A stretch of 59,579 nucleotides of DNA, from the NCBI GenBank assembly GCA_039648985.1, contig JBBWZJ010000297.1:1-59579 (forward strand). The letters run 5' to 3'. Both the position numbers and the translations under genes were made by a program. Below the pieces are notes generated by a model that had not been told where the DNA came from, did not search any database, and worked only from the letters and a program-made list of their open reading frames with translations. This document shows positions 27,322 through 35,869 of this stretch, piece by piece (the first letter of the stretch is position 1; every line of letters starts with the position of its first letter). Source of the stretch: Acidobacteriota bacterium. GTDB taxonomy: Bacteria > Acidobacteriota > Vicinamibacteria > Vicinamibacterales > 2-12-FULL-66-21.

Positions 27322-28389
27322 TTAGTACGGATCCAACGCCACCCCGTTGTTCCACGCGTGATACATCACGTCTGCGCTTGGAAGCGCGGCGGGGCGCACG
27401 AGCCTGAACCCGAGCCAGGGTGCGTCGGTCATGTACCAGATGCTCTTCGGCAGTTGCGGATCCTGTTTCTTCCACGACGGATCCGAGGGCACGCGCGACG
27501 TGCACGACACGCGCATCGCATCGTCATTCCACGAGCCGCCGCGGACGGCGTGCGGGTAGGGCGCCGTCGACCTGACCCAGGGATTGTCCGCGGGGGCGGC
27601 CGTGTAGGGCGCGTACTGATCGAGGGTCCATTCCATGACGTTGCCGAGCATGTCGTACAGACCCCACGCGTTCGGCTTCTTCGTGCCGACCTTGTGGTAC
27701 GTGCCCTTGGTGAACTGGGCCTGCGGCGAGTTTGCCGCGAACCATGCGTAGTCCTCGAGGGGGCCGGATCCGATGCCGTTCTCCGTACCCGCCTTGCACG
27801 CGTACTCCCATTCGGCCTCGGTCGGGAGCCGGTAGAACTCGCCCGTCTTCGCGCTCAGCCACTCGGCGAACTTGTTCGCGGCGTGCTGCGTCATGCTGAT
27901 GGCGGGGAAGCCGTGGGTTCCTCGGCCGAAGCTCATCTCGACGAACGGCGCCGTCGGACGGCTCAGCGCGTCGACGAGTGCGTCGGGGGATCCGACCTCC
28001 TTCGCCTGGTCGGCGAACATGAACATCAGGTACGCGTCCCACGTGACCTCGTGCGCCTGCATCCAGAACGCGTCGAGACGCACCTTGTGCTGCGGCTGTT
28101 CGTCGGGCCTGGCGTTCGGGCCGGCGGCGCCCATCAGGAACTCGCCAGCCGCCACCGGCACCATGCTGTAATCCACGGTCGTGTTGGGCACCGTGACCTT
28201 GTAGGGAGCGCCCCCAGAGGCGGCGGACTTTTTCGCCTGTTCCTCGATGCGGGTTCGGATGCGTTCGACCGCCGCCATTTCCTTCTGATCGACGGGGGCG
28301 GCGGTCGCGGCCTGGCGGCCAGCGAGCGATGCGGTCTCCGCCACGGCGAGCAGCGCCATGGCGAAGACTGCCGAAAGACGCAGGGTCAT
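27322..28389 (-). CDS. formylglycine-generating enzyme family (SUMF1/EgtB/PvdO-type) protein, secreted
   Basis: The start is M29 (MTLRLSAVFAMALLAVA, a signal). The family motifs are YRLPTEAEWEYACKAGT, NAWGLYDMLGNVMEW and AVRGGSWNDD. Confidence 0.88.
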   Translation of the reverse strand: MTLRLSAVFAMALLAVAETASLAGRQAATAAPVDQKEMAAVERIRTRIEEQAKKSAASGGAPYKVTVPNTTVDYSMVPVAAGEFLMGAAGPNARPDEQPQHKVRLDAFWMQAHEVTWDAYLMFMFADQAKEVGSPDALVDALSRPTAPFVEMSFGRGTHGFPAISMTQHAANKFAEWLSAKTGEFYRLPTEAEWEYACKAGTENGIGSGPLEDYAWFAANSPQAQFTKGTYHKVGTKKPNAWGLYDMLGNVMEWTLDQYAPYTAAPADNPWVRSTAPYPHAVRGGSWNDDAMRVSCTSRVPSDPSWKKQDPQLPKSIWYMTDAPWLGFRLVRPAALPSADVMYHAWNNGVALDPY

Positions 28390-28417
28390 TCCTAAGAGTA
28401 GATCATCTGACCGGCGG

Positions 28418-29728
28418 CTAGACCTCCTGCGAACGGCCGGGCTGCGCCAGGCCGGGCACCTCGTGCTTGGCATTCCAGATGACCGGCTTCGGCACCAGAC
28501 TGACGTTCGAGTTCAGCGCCTGCTCCCACGTGACCTGCTGGCCCGAGTAGGCCGCGTGCCGCCCCATGAGCGCCAGCAGCGTGCTCGTCGCCAGATTCAG
28601 ATCGTCGTTCTTGGGTTTGCCGGATCGGATCGACGCGAACAGCACGTCGTGCTCGCGCTGATACATGTCGTACTCCTCACCCTGGAACTGCCACTTCACC
28701 TGTCCGTCCGGACCTTCGATCTTGGGCTGACCGCTCCCGAGGAGCAGCGTCCCTTCCGTGCCCATGACGTAATCGAAGACGCCGTTGAAGCAGCCGGTGG
28801 ACTGGCGGTTCGTGAGCGACACGCGATAGCCGTTCGGGAAGGCGTAGTTGACCGAGAAGTGGTCGTAGATGTTGCCCCCGTTCGCCGGCACGGCCCGGCC
28901 GCCCACCGCGACTGCGCTGAGCGGCGGCTTGTCGTTCATGAACCACATGATCTTGTCGGCGTTGTGCACGGCCTGCTCGACAAGGCTGTCGCCCGACAGC
29001 CAGTTGAAGTTGTACCAGTTGCGAATCTGCCACTCGATGTCGCTCATGCCCGCGGGGCGCGCGCTCTCGGGCGGCATCGGCTTCACGGGGTTCGTGTAAT
29101 ACGTCGAGTGATGCGCCACCAGCCGTCCGATCGCGCCGTTCCGCACCTGCTGGACGGCCTCCTGGATCATGTTGTTGTAACGCCAGCAGAACCCGGCGAC
29201 GAGCGCGAGCCCCTTCGACTGCGAGAGCTTCTGCGCGGCGATCACTTCGCGCACGCCGGGGGAGTCCGTCGCGCAGGGCTTTTCGCAGAACACGTGTTTG
29301 TTCGCATTGACCGCGGCCGTCAGGTGTTGCGGACGGAACCCGGGCGGCGTCGCGAGCAGCACCACGTCCACGCCGCTGTTGATTACCTTGTCGTAGGCGT
29401 CGAGGCCCACGAAGGAGTTGCGCATGTCGAGCTTCACCTGCGACCCGAACTTCGCGCTGCCCTTGAGCCGCGTAGCCGCCTGCGTGACGATCGCTTCGTC
29501 GATGTCCGCGACAGCGGTCAGTTCGTTGTGGGGGTCCGCGGTCAGGGCCTGCCCCGCCGCGCCGCTCCCGCGCCCGCCGCACCCGACCAGGCCGACCTTG
29601 ACCGCGTTCGTGACCGTCTGACCGGAAATGATGCCCGGAAAGCCAGCCACGATCACGCCAGCCGCCGTCCCGGTTTTCTTGAGGAAGTCCCGCCGTTCTA
29701 TCTTTTTGGGTTCGTCTTTGATTGCCAT
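28418..29728 (-). CDS. Gfo/Idh/MocA-family oxidoreductase with twin-arginine signal
   Basis: The start is M86 (MAIKDEPKKIERRDFLKKTGTAAGVIVAG, a TAT motif). The Rossmann segment is VKVGLVGCGGRGSGAA, and EKP is present in HVFCEKPCA. Confidence 0.88.
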   Translation of the reverse strand: MAIKDEPKKIERRDFLKKTGTAAGVIVAGFPGIISGQTVTNAVKVGLVGCGGRGSGAAGQALTADPHNELTAVADIDEAIVTQAATRLKGSAKFGSQVKLDMRNSFVGLDAYDKVINSGVDVVLLATPPGFRPQHLTAAVNANKHVFCEKPCATDSPGVREVIAAQKLSQSKGLALVAGFCWRYNNMIQEAVQQVRNGAIGRLVAHHSTYYTNPVKPMPPESARPAGMSDIEWQIRNWYNFNWLSGDSLVEQAVHNADKIMWFMNDKPPLSAVAVGGRAVPANGGNIYDHFSVNYAFPNGYRVSLTNRQSTGCFNGVFDYVMGTEGTLLLGSGQPKIEGPDGQVKWQFQGEEYDMYQREHDVLFASIRSGKPKNDDLNLATSTLLALMGRHAAYSGQQVTWEQALNSNVSLVPKPVIWNAKHEVPGLAQPGRSQEV

Positions 29729-29940
29729 GATGTCCCTGACCGGTATCTTGCCGAAAGTGTGATGCCCGACGGCGAGCCTGTCGATCCTGCATGATACTGC
29801 AAGGACGCGTGCACGGCACTGGCGCGAGTAGTCGCCCGAGCCCAGCTCGTCCCTGTTCGGATCACCCGCTCGCAACCGAATGCGGAGCTCGGCGGGACGC
29901 GGACGCGCGCCGGGCCGGAGCTTGCCAGTAGAATCACGGC

Positions 29941-30615
29941 ATGACCTTCCTGTCACGCCTCTGTCCTTCTCTCGATCGCGCACCGCTTGCTATGGCGGCC
30001 GCACTCGTGGTGCTCGGCAGCGTGCCCGTGCTGGCACAGGCACAGGCCGCGAAACCCGCCGAGCCGGGCTGGCAGGTGCTCTTCGACGGCAAGACGCTGA
30101 CGAACTGGCAGATCACGAAGTTCAGCGGAGAGGGGGCGGTCGCCGTGGAGAACGGCGAGATCGTGATGGCCGCTGGCCGGCCGCTCACCGGAATCACCTG
30201 GGCAGGGCCGGAGCTGCCGACGACAAATTACGAGATCACGCTGCAGGCCATGCGGGTCGAAGGGAGAGATTTCTTCGCGGGGGTGACGTTTCCCGTCGCA
30301 GACTCGTTCTGCTCGCTGATTCTCGGCGGATGGGGAGGCACCGTCATCGGGCTCTCGAGCATCAACGGCATGGATGCATCCGAGAACGAGACGTCGCAAT
30401 CCATGGAGTTCGCCTCCGGCCGGTGGTACAGCATCCGCATTCGCGTGACGACCGAGAAGATCGAGGCGTGGCTCGACGACCGTCAGATCATCAGCCAGGA
30501 CCTGAAAGGCAACAAGATCACGACCCGCAGCGAAGTCGACCCCTCCCAGCCGCTCGGCGTCGCGTCGTATCGCACCAAGGCTGCGCTCCGAGATTTCCGT
30601 CTGCGAAAGCTGTGA
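29941..30615 (+). CDS. DUF1080 (3-keto-disaccharide hydrolase-like) secreted protein
   Basis: A signal peptide is followed by GWQVLFDGKTLTNWQ...ENGEIV, and the C-terminus LRDFRLRKL is typical of DUF1080. Confidence 0.82.
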   Translation: MTFLSRLCPSLDRAPLAMAAALVVLGSVPVLAQAQAAKPAEPGWQVLFDGKTLTNWQITKFSGEGAVAVENGEIVMAAGRPLTGITWAGPELPTTNYEITLQAMRVEGRDFFAGVTFPVADSFCSLILGGWGGTVIGLSSINGMDASENETSQSMEFASGRWYSIRIRVTTEKIEAWLDDRQIISQDLKGNKITTRSEVDPSQPLGVASYRTKAALRDFRLRKL

Positions 30616-30669
30616 ACCCCGAACCCGGAACCCCGAACCCCGAACCCGGAACCCCGAACCCCGAACCCC
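30614..30669. repeat. heptanucleotide tandem array (GAACCCC/GAACCCG)x8
   Basis: Read directly. The array spans from within the TGA of the + strand gene (30613-30615) to the first base of the complement TAG of the - strand gene (30669-30671). Confidence 0.97.
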
Positions 30670-31544
30670 TATTTACCCGCGTACTCCGCCGGTATCGCCG
30701 TAATCGGCCGAATCTGGATGTCGCGGTAAAAGACTTCCGCCCCCTCCGACTGCAGGATGATTGGGCCTGACGTGACGGGAGTGGGCAGGTCGCCGCTGAT
30801 GCTGACCGCGCCGTGGAGGCGCATCACCACCTTGCCGTTCACGATGTGAATCGAGTCGTCGCGCAGGCAGACGAGCTCCACGGTGTTCCACTCGCCCGTC
30901 GGCTTTTCGTTGTCCGGCTGTTTGATGCAGCGCCCCGGCGCCCCCTGGCTCTGCGAGAAGTACGTCCACTCGCCGGCGGGGTCGTAGTCGTACATCAATG
31001 GCTTCGTATCGCGCCGCGCCTTGGCGCGAACCGCAATCGCCGACCAGATGGCGTAGAGATCGCCGACGTCGTGCTCCTGGATCTGCAGCTCCACCGAGCG
31101 CGCCCAGGTGCGGCCGGCTTCGCCCGGCGCGCCGTGCACGTGGTAGAGCAGCCCGCTGTCCCGCGGCGTTCCCGGGGCATCGCGGGGAGCCCACTGCCGG
31201 GTGCCCCACTTGAACTGCAGCTTCAGGTGGTAGTCCTGAAAGGCGGTTTTCGTCCGCAGCTCGCCGAACACCTCGCCCGAAATGCGGATGGCGGGCCGGC
31301 CATCCACGTTGGTCGCCACCGTGAACACCTCGAGCGGATCGCGGCCCGACCCGATCGGCTCGGCGTATTTCCCGTCAGGATTGCGCTTGAGTCCGGGCAC
31401 GTCGGACGTGGGCGCAGGCTGCTGCATCCATGTCGTCCAGCCGTCGAGATCCCTGCCATTCCAGAGCGGAGTCCAGTCGCTCTGCGCGCGAAGGCCGAGG
31501 GTGCCGAGACACAGAAGGGCGACGAGCAGGCTTCGAACTGGCAT
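30669..31544 (-). CDS. DUF1080 secreted protein
   Basis: The start is M63 (MPVRSLLVALLCLGTLGLRAQ). It has WTPLWNGRDLDGWTTW and a C-terminal EVFYRDIQIRPI. Confidence 0.82.
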   Translation of the reverse strand: MPVRSLLVALLCLGTLGLRAQSDWTPLWNGRDLDGWTTWMQQPAPTSDVPGLKRNPDGKYAEPIGSGRDPLEVFTVATNVDGRPAIRISGEVFGELRTKTAFQDYHLKLQFKWGTRQWAPRDAPGTPRDSGLLYHVHGAPGEAGRTWARSVELQIQEHDVGDLYAIWSAIAVRAKARRDTKPLMYDYDPAGEWTYFSQSQGAPGRCIKQPDNEKPTGEWNTVELVCLRDDSIHIVNGKVVMRLHGAVSISGDLPTPVTSGPIILQSEGAEVFYRDIQIRPITAIPAEYAGK

Positions 31545-31720
31545 GGTCCCGGAAGCCTCGTCCTCCCCGTGGCACCGTGTCAACTGTTTTGGCGGGCGGG
31601 TCCGGCGGGCGGCGCAAGCGGTGTCGCCCCGCACCGGTGACGGTGTTTCAGGCCGGCGAACCGGATTTCGTTGTGGATAACGGAGAGAGGGTCTAGTATC
31701 GCGCCACCCAAGGAGGGTCC

Positions 31721-31951
31721 ATGGATTCAACCACCCTGATCATCGTCATCATCGTGCTCGTCGTGCTGCTCGGTGGAGGCGGTGGGTACTACGGCAGCCG
31801 CTCCGGATGGAGAGGCCCGCATTTCGGGGGGGGCGCGCTCGGGTTGATCCTGCTCATTCTGTTGATCCTGTGGCTGACCGGCAATCTTGGCGGCGGCCGC
31901 CGCCTTGGCCCGCGGGTGGACGCGGCGCGCATCACCGACACGCGCGCATAG
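31721..31951 (+). CDS. small Gly-rich two-TM membrane protein (DUF3309-like)
   Basis: It has a strong SD (AAGGAGG) before the ATG. The sequence is TLIIVIIVLVVLLGGGGGYYGSRSGW...GGALGLILLILLILWL. Confidence 0.65.
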   Translation: MDSTTLIIVIIVLVVLLGGGGGYYGSRSGWRGPHFGGGALGLILLILLILWLTGNLGGGRRLGPRVDAARITDTRA

Positions 31952-31975
31952 GGCCGGTCGTCGGTCCGCCGAGCC

Positions 31976-33007
31976 TTACCGCCGAATCGATGGCAGCCGC
32001 GGGTTCCGCTCGATGCCGAACTTGTGCTGGTGCCACATCGGATAGGGCTCCGGCAGCGCGCTCACGTCGTCGAGCGTCGTCATCTCCTCGGCCGAGAGAC
32101 GCCAGTCGGCAGCCGCGAGGTTGTCGCGCAGCTGCGCCTCGTCGCGAGCCCCGATAATGACCGTGTCCACGCCGGGCTTGTTCATCACCCAGTTCAGCGC
32201 GACCTGCGCCGGGGTGACGTTGCGCGCCTGCGCGATTGCCGACAGCGCGTCGACAATCCGGTAGACGCGCTCGAAGTCCACGGTGCCGGGCACCTCGAGA
32301 TCGTTCAGACGGCTCACCGATGGGCGCACGTCGCGGCGGAACTTTCCGCTCAGCAGCCCGGCGTGGAGCGGGCTCCAGGCCATGAGGCCGACCGACTGAT
32401 CGAGCCCGAGCGGGACGATCTCGTGTTCGACATCCCGCGCGATGAGGTTGTAGTTGACCTGCTGGCAGACATACCGCGTGAGGCCGAGACGTTCGGATGC
32501 GGCGAGGGCCTTCATGACCTGCCAGGCGGAGTTGTTCGAGCAGCCCACGTACCGCACTTTGCCCTGCGTCACGAGATCGTCGAAGGCCCGCATCGTCTCC
32601 TCGATTGCGACCGACGAGTCCGGCTGATGTCCGAGATAGAGGTCGATGTACTCGGTTCGCAGGCGCCGCAGGCTCGCCTCGCACGCCTGCATCAGGTGCT
32701 TCCGTGACAGGCCGACATCGTGCGGACCTGATCCGAGACGCATGAATCCCTTGGTGACGAGCACGAACTCGTCGCGCCGGCCCTGCAGCGCCTCTCCCAG
32801 GATCTCCTCAGCGGCGCCAAAGGAGTAGATGTCGGCCGTATCGATCGTCGTGACGCCCGCGTCGCGGCAGACATCGAGAATCCGCGCCGTGTCGCTGACG
32901 CCGAGGTTGCCCATCTTCCCGAACCGATCCTTGCCCCCAATCGTCATGGTGCCGAAGCTGAGCACCGAGACGCTCAAGCCGGAGTCGCCAAATCGCCGCT
33001 GTTCCAT
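31976..33007 (-). CDS. aldo/keto reductase
   Basis: The start is MEQRRFGDSGLSVSVLSFGTMTIGG, which fits the frame arithmetic. The motifs are TIDTADIYSFGAAEEILGEAL, KVRYVGCSN and IIGARDEAQLRDNL. The 956-aa track ORF is a run-on antisense to the ADOP gene. Confidence 0.9.
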   Translation of the reverse strand: MEQRRFGDSGLSVSVLSFGTMTIGGKDRFGKMGNLGVSDTARILDVCRDAGVTTIDTADIYSFGAAEEILGEALQGRRDEFVLVTKGFMRLGSGPHDVGLSRKHLMQACEASLRRLRTEYIDLYLGHQPDSSVAIEETMRAFDDLVTQGKVRYVGCSNNSAWQVMKALAASERLGLTRYVCQQVNYNLIARDVEHEIVPLGLDQSVGLMAWSPLHAGLLSGKFRRDVRPSVSRLNDLEVPGTVDFERVYRIVDALSAIAQARNVTPAQVALNWVMNKPGVDTVIIGARDEAQLRDNLAAADWRLSAEEMTTLDDVSALPEPYPMWHQHKFGIERNPRLPSIRR

Positions 33008-33205
33008 ACCGATGCCTCGCTCGCTCGCCGACCTCGATGTGACCGAAACAGAGATATTACCGTGAGCAGGAATTCCGCCCGGCCGGTCAGGTCGAATAAA
33101 GAATAAACAGTCCGGGCGCTGCTCTCGTCTAAGTCCGAGGCGTCGCTGTGGGAGCGCCGGCGGGCAGTTCTGCCGGACGCCGTCAGCGACAGCCACAGGT
33201 TTCAA

Positions 33206-35764
33206 ATGCACAACGTAATCCGCAGCCTTCGTTATGCAGTGAGGCAGTTCCGGCATTCGCCGGTGTTCACGAGTGCGGCCGTCCTGACGCTTGCGCTCGG
33301 CATAGGCGGCACCACGGCCATATTCACCCTCATCAACGCGGTGATGCTCCGTTCGCTGCCTGTCGCGGATCCGGCACGCCTTTATCGGGTCGGCGACGGC
33401 GCGGACTGCTGTGTCGAAGGCGGCCCCCAGGACCGCTGGGGCATGTTCTCTTTCCCGCTGTTCGAACGGCTCAAGGCGGAAACACCGGAATTCGAGCAGG
33501 TGACGGCCTTCCAGGCCGGCGGAGCGCGATTGAGCGCGAGGCGCGAAGGCGTCGAAAAGGCGGCACGCCCGCTCCGCGCCGAGTATGTGACGGGCAATTA
33601 CTTCCAGACCCTGGGCGTTGGCGCGCTGGGCGGCCGCGTGCTCGTGGAGAGTGACGACCAGCCCTCGGCTGCTCCTGTTGCGGTGCTGAGCCATCACGCA
33701 TGGCAGAGCGCGTACGGCGGCGACCCGTCCGTCGTCGGCTCGTCCTTCGTGATCGACGGCCACCCCTTCACCGTCATCGGTGTCGCGCCGCCAGGATTTT
33801 TTGGAGAGACACTCGGCAGCGACCCGCCGGATCTCTGGATTCCACTGCAGCAGGAGCCGCTCATCGACGGTGCAGGCGCGCTGCTCCGGCAGCCTGTTTC
33901 GGCCTGGCTTCGCATGATCGGGCGGGTGCGGCCTGGCGCGTCCACCGCCGGCATGGGCCCGCGCCTGACCGGCGTGCTGCGGCAATGGATGCAGCACGAC
34001 TCCGGATACCCTGCGAACTGGATGCCGGACGTCATCCGGATGCTCCCGAAACAGGTGATCGAGGTCGTCCCCGCCGGCGCCGGCGTCGGCGTGATGAAGG
34101 AGGAGTACGGCCAGAGCCTCAAGATCCTGCTGGCGGTGTGCGGCCTGGTGCTGCTCATTGCGTGCGCGAATGTCGCGAACCTCCTGCTCGCCCGGGCCGT
34201 GGCGCGCCGGGGGCAGACCGCCGTTCGTCTCGCGCTCGGAGCGACACGGGGCCAGATCGTGATGCAGGCGCTCGTCGAAAGCGTGCTGCTCGCCGTAGCG
34301 GGCGGCGCCGCAGGGCTCGTCGTGGCCACGGCTGCTGCGCGGCTGCTCCTCGCGCTTGCCTTCCGCAGCTCGACATTCCTCCCAATCAGCACGGCTCCGT
34401 CGCCCATGGTTCTCGGATTCGCATTCGCCCTCGCGCTTCTGACCGGCATCATCTTCGGCGCGGCGCCCGCATGGTTTGCCACTCGTACGAACCCGGCCGA
34501 AGCGCTCCGCGGCGCGGGCCGCAGCACGAGCGATCATTCGTCGCTTGCGCGCAAGGCCTTGCTCGTCGTCCAGGCCACGCTTTCGGTCGTGCTCGTCGCC
34601 GGGGCGATGATGCTCGCCCGAAGCCTCAGCAAGCTCGAACACCAGGATTTTGGCTACGAGGTCCGGGGCCGCGTTGTCGTCGCCCTCAACAGACCGCCGG
34701 CGACCTACACGCAACCGAAGCTGGCGGCAATGTACCGGCAGCTCGAAGACCGCCTGAACCGCCTGCCCGGCGTGCAGGGATCCGGTCTCGCGCTGTACAA
34801 CCCGCTCACCGACAACTGGGGCGAGCTGATCGTCGTCCAGGGCCATCCCGCGCCGAAGATGAGCGAAGAGTCGGGCGCGTCATGGGATCGTGTCAGCGCC
34901 GCTTACCTTCAGAATTTCGGGATTGCTGTACTGCGCGGCCGCGGGTTCACGCCCGCGGACGACGAGCACTCGTCGCCGGTGGCGGTCGTGAACGAGGCAT
35001 TTGCGAAGCGGTTCTTCAAAGCCGGCGAGGATCCGCTCGAGCAGCACTTCGGCATGGACGTGCCCGAGAACGCGGGCACGTTCCGCATCGTAGGCATCGT
35101 CCGCGACGCGAAGTTCGCCGGATACGCGCTGAGCCGCCCCGCGCGCCCCATGTTCTTCGTTCCACTCGCACAGACGGTCGATTACAAGAACGACGTGATG
35201 GCGAGGATCGAAGTGCAATCGCATTTCGTGACCGGGATCATGTTGAAGACGGATCTCACCCCCGGCGCGCTCGAGCCCGTGCTGACAAGGGCGCTCGCGG
35301 AAGTGGATCCGAATCTCACCATGACGAGTGTTCGCACGATGCAGCAGCAGGTCAGCTACTCCTTCGACCAGGAGCGTGCGGTTGCGAGTCTGGCGGGCCT
35401 CTTCGGTGGTGTGGCGCTGCTCCTCGCCGCGGTGGGTCTCTACGGGGTGACGGCCTACACAGTCGCACAGCGGACGAACGAGATCGGCATCCGCATGGCG
35501 CTTGGCGCGGACCGCGCAAACGTGGTGGAGCTCGTGCTGCGCGGCGCGTTCAGGCGGGTCGTCGCCGGGCTCGTGCTCGGCGTACCGCTCGCCATGGCGG
35601 CCGGACGACTCATCTCGGCGCAGTTGTACGGCCTGTCGTTCTGGGATCCCGTCGCTCTCGCCGTCGCCACGCTCTCGCTGGCCACTTGTGCGTTCTTCGC
35701 CGCGATTATCCCGGCCCGCCGGGCCGCGGCGATCTCTCCGCTGAGAGCCCTCAGGACCGACTGA
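33206..35764 (+). CDS. duplicated MacB/FtsX-type ABC permease without adjacent ATPase (ADOP family)
   Basis: The N-terminus is IRSLRYAVRQFRHSPVFTSAAVLTLALGIGGTTAIFTLINAVMLR. It has two MacB_PCD plus FtsX halves (LLIACANVANLLLARA...; EIGIRMALGADRANVV...). The architecture and N-terminus match the acidobacterial duplicated orphan permease family. Confidence 0.9.
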   Translation: MHNVIRSLRYAVRQFRHSPVFTSAAVLTLALGIGGTTAIFTLINAVMLRSLPVADPARLYRVGDGADCCVEGGPQDRWGMFSFPLFERLKAETPEFEQVTAFQAGGARLSARREGVEKAARPLRAEYVTGNYFQTLGVGALGGRVLVESDDQPSAAPVAVLSHHAWQSAYGGDPSVVGSSFVIDGHPFTVIGVAPPGFFGETLGSDPPDLWIPLQQEPLIDGAGALLRQPVSAWLRMIGRVRPGASTAGMGPRLTGVLRQWMQHDSGYPANWMPDVIRMLPKQVIEVVPAGAGVGVMKEEYGQSLKILLAVCGLVLLIACANVANLLLARAVARRGQTAVRLALGATRGQIVMQALVESVLLAVAGGAAGLVVATAAARLLLALAFRSSTFLPISTAPSPMVLGFAFALALLTGIIFGAAPAWFATRTNPAEALRGAGRSTSDHSSLARKALLVVQATLSVVLVAGAMMLARSLSKLEHQDFGYEVRGRVVVALNRPPATYTQPKLAAMYRQLEDRLNRLPGVQGSGLALYNPLTDNWGELIVVQGHPAPKMSEESGASWDRVSAAYLQNFGIAVLRGRGFTPADDEHSSPVAVVNEAFAKRFFKAGEDPLEQHFGMDVPENAGTFRIVGIVRDAKFAGYALSRPARPMFFVPLAQTVDYKNDVMARIEVQSHFVTGIMLKTDLTPGALEPVLTRALAEVDPNLTMTSVRTMQQQVSYSFDQERAVASLAGLFGGVALLLAAVGLYGVTAYTVAQRTNEIGIRMALGADRANVVELVLRGAFRRVVAGLVLGVPLAMAAGRLISAQLYGLSFWDPVALAVATLSLATCAFFAAIIPARRAAAISPLRALRTD

Positions 35765-35869
35765 ACGCCGGCGCCCTCGTCAGACGGAACCTATATTCCG
35801 CCGCGGACTCTAATCGAGCAGGCGTCAGGGGCCGATACTTCCGGCGCCACCCCCCGGAGGTACATCCTG

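Noticed and set aside
31976-34846. A 956-aa minus-strand ORF.
   Set aside because: Only the last 343 aa (from 33007) are an aldo/keto reductase. The remainder is antisense to the ADOP permease gene and has low complexity.
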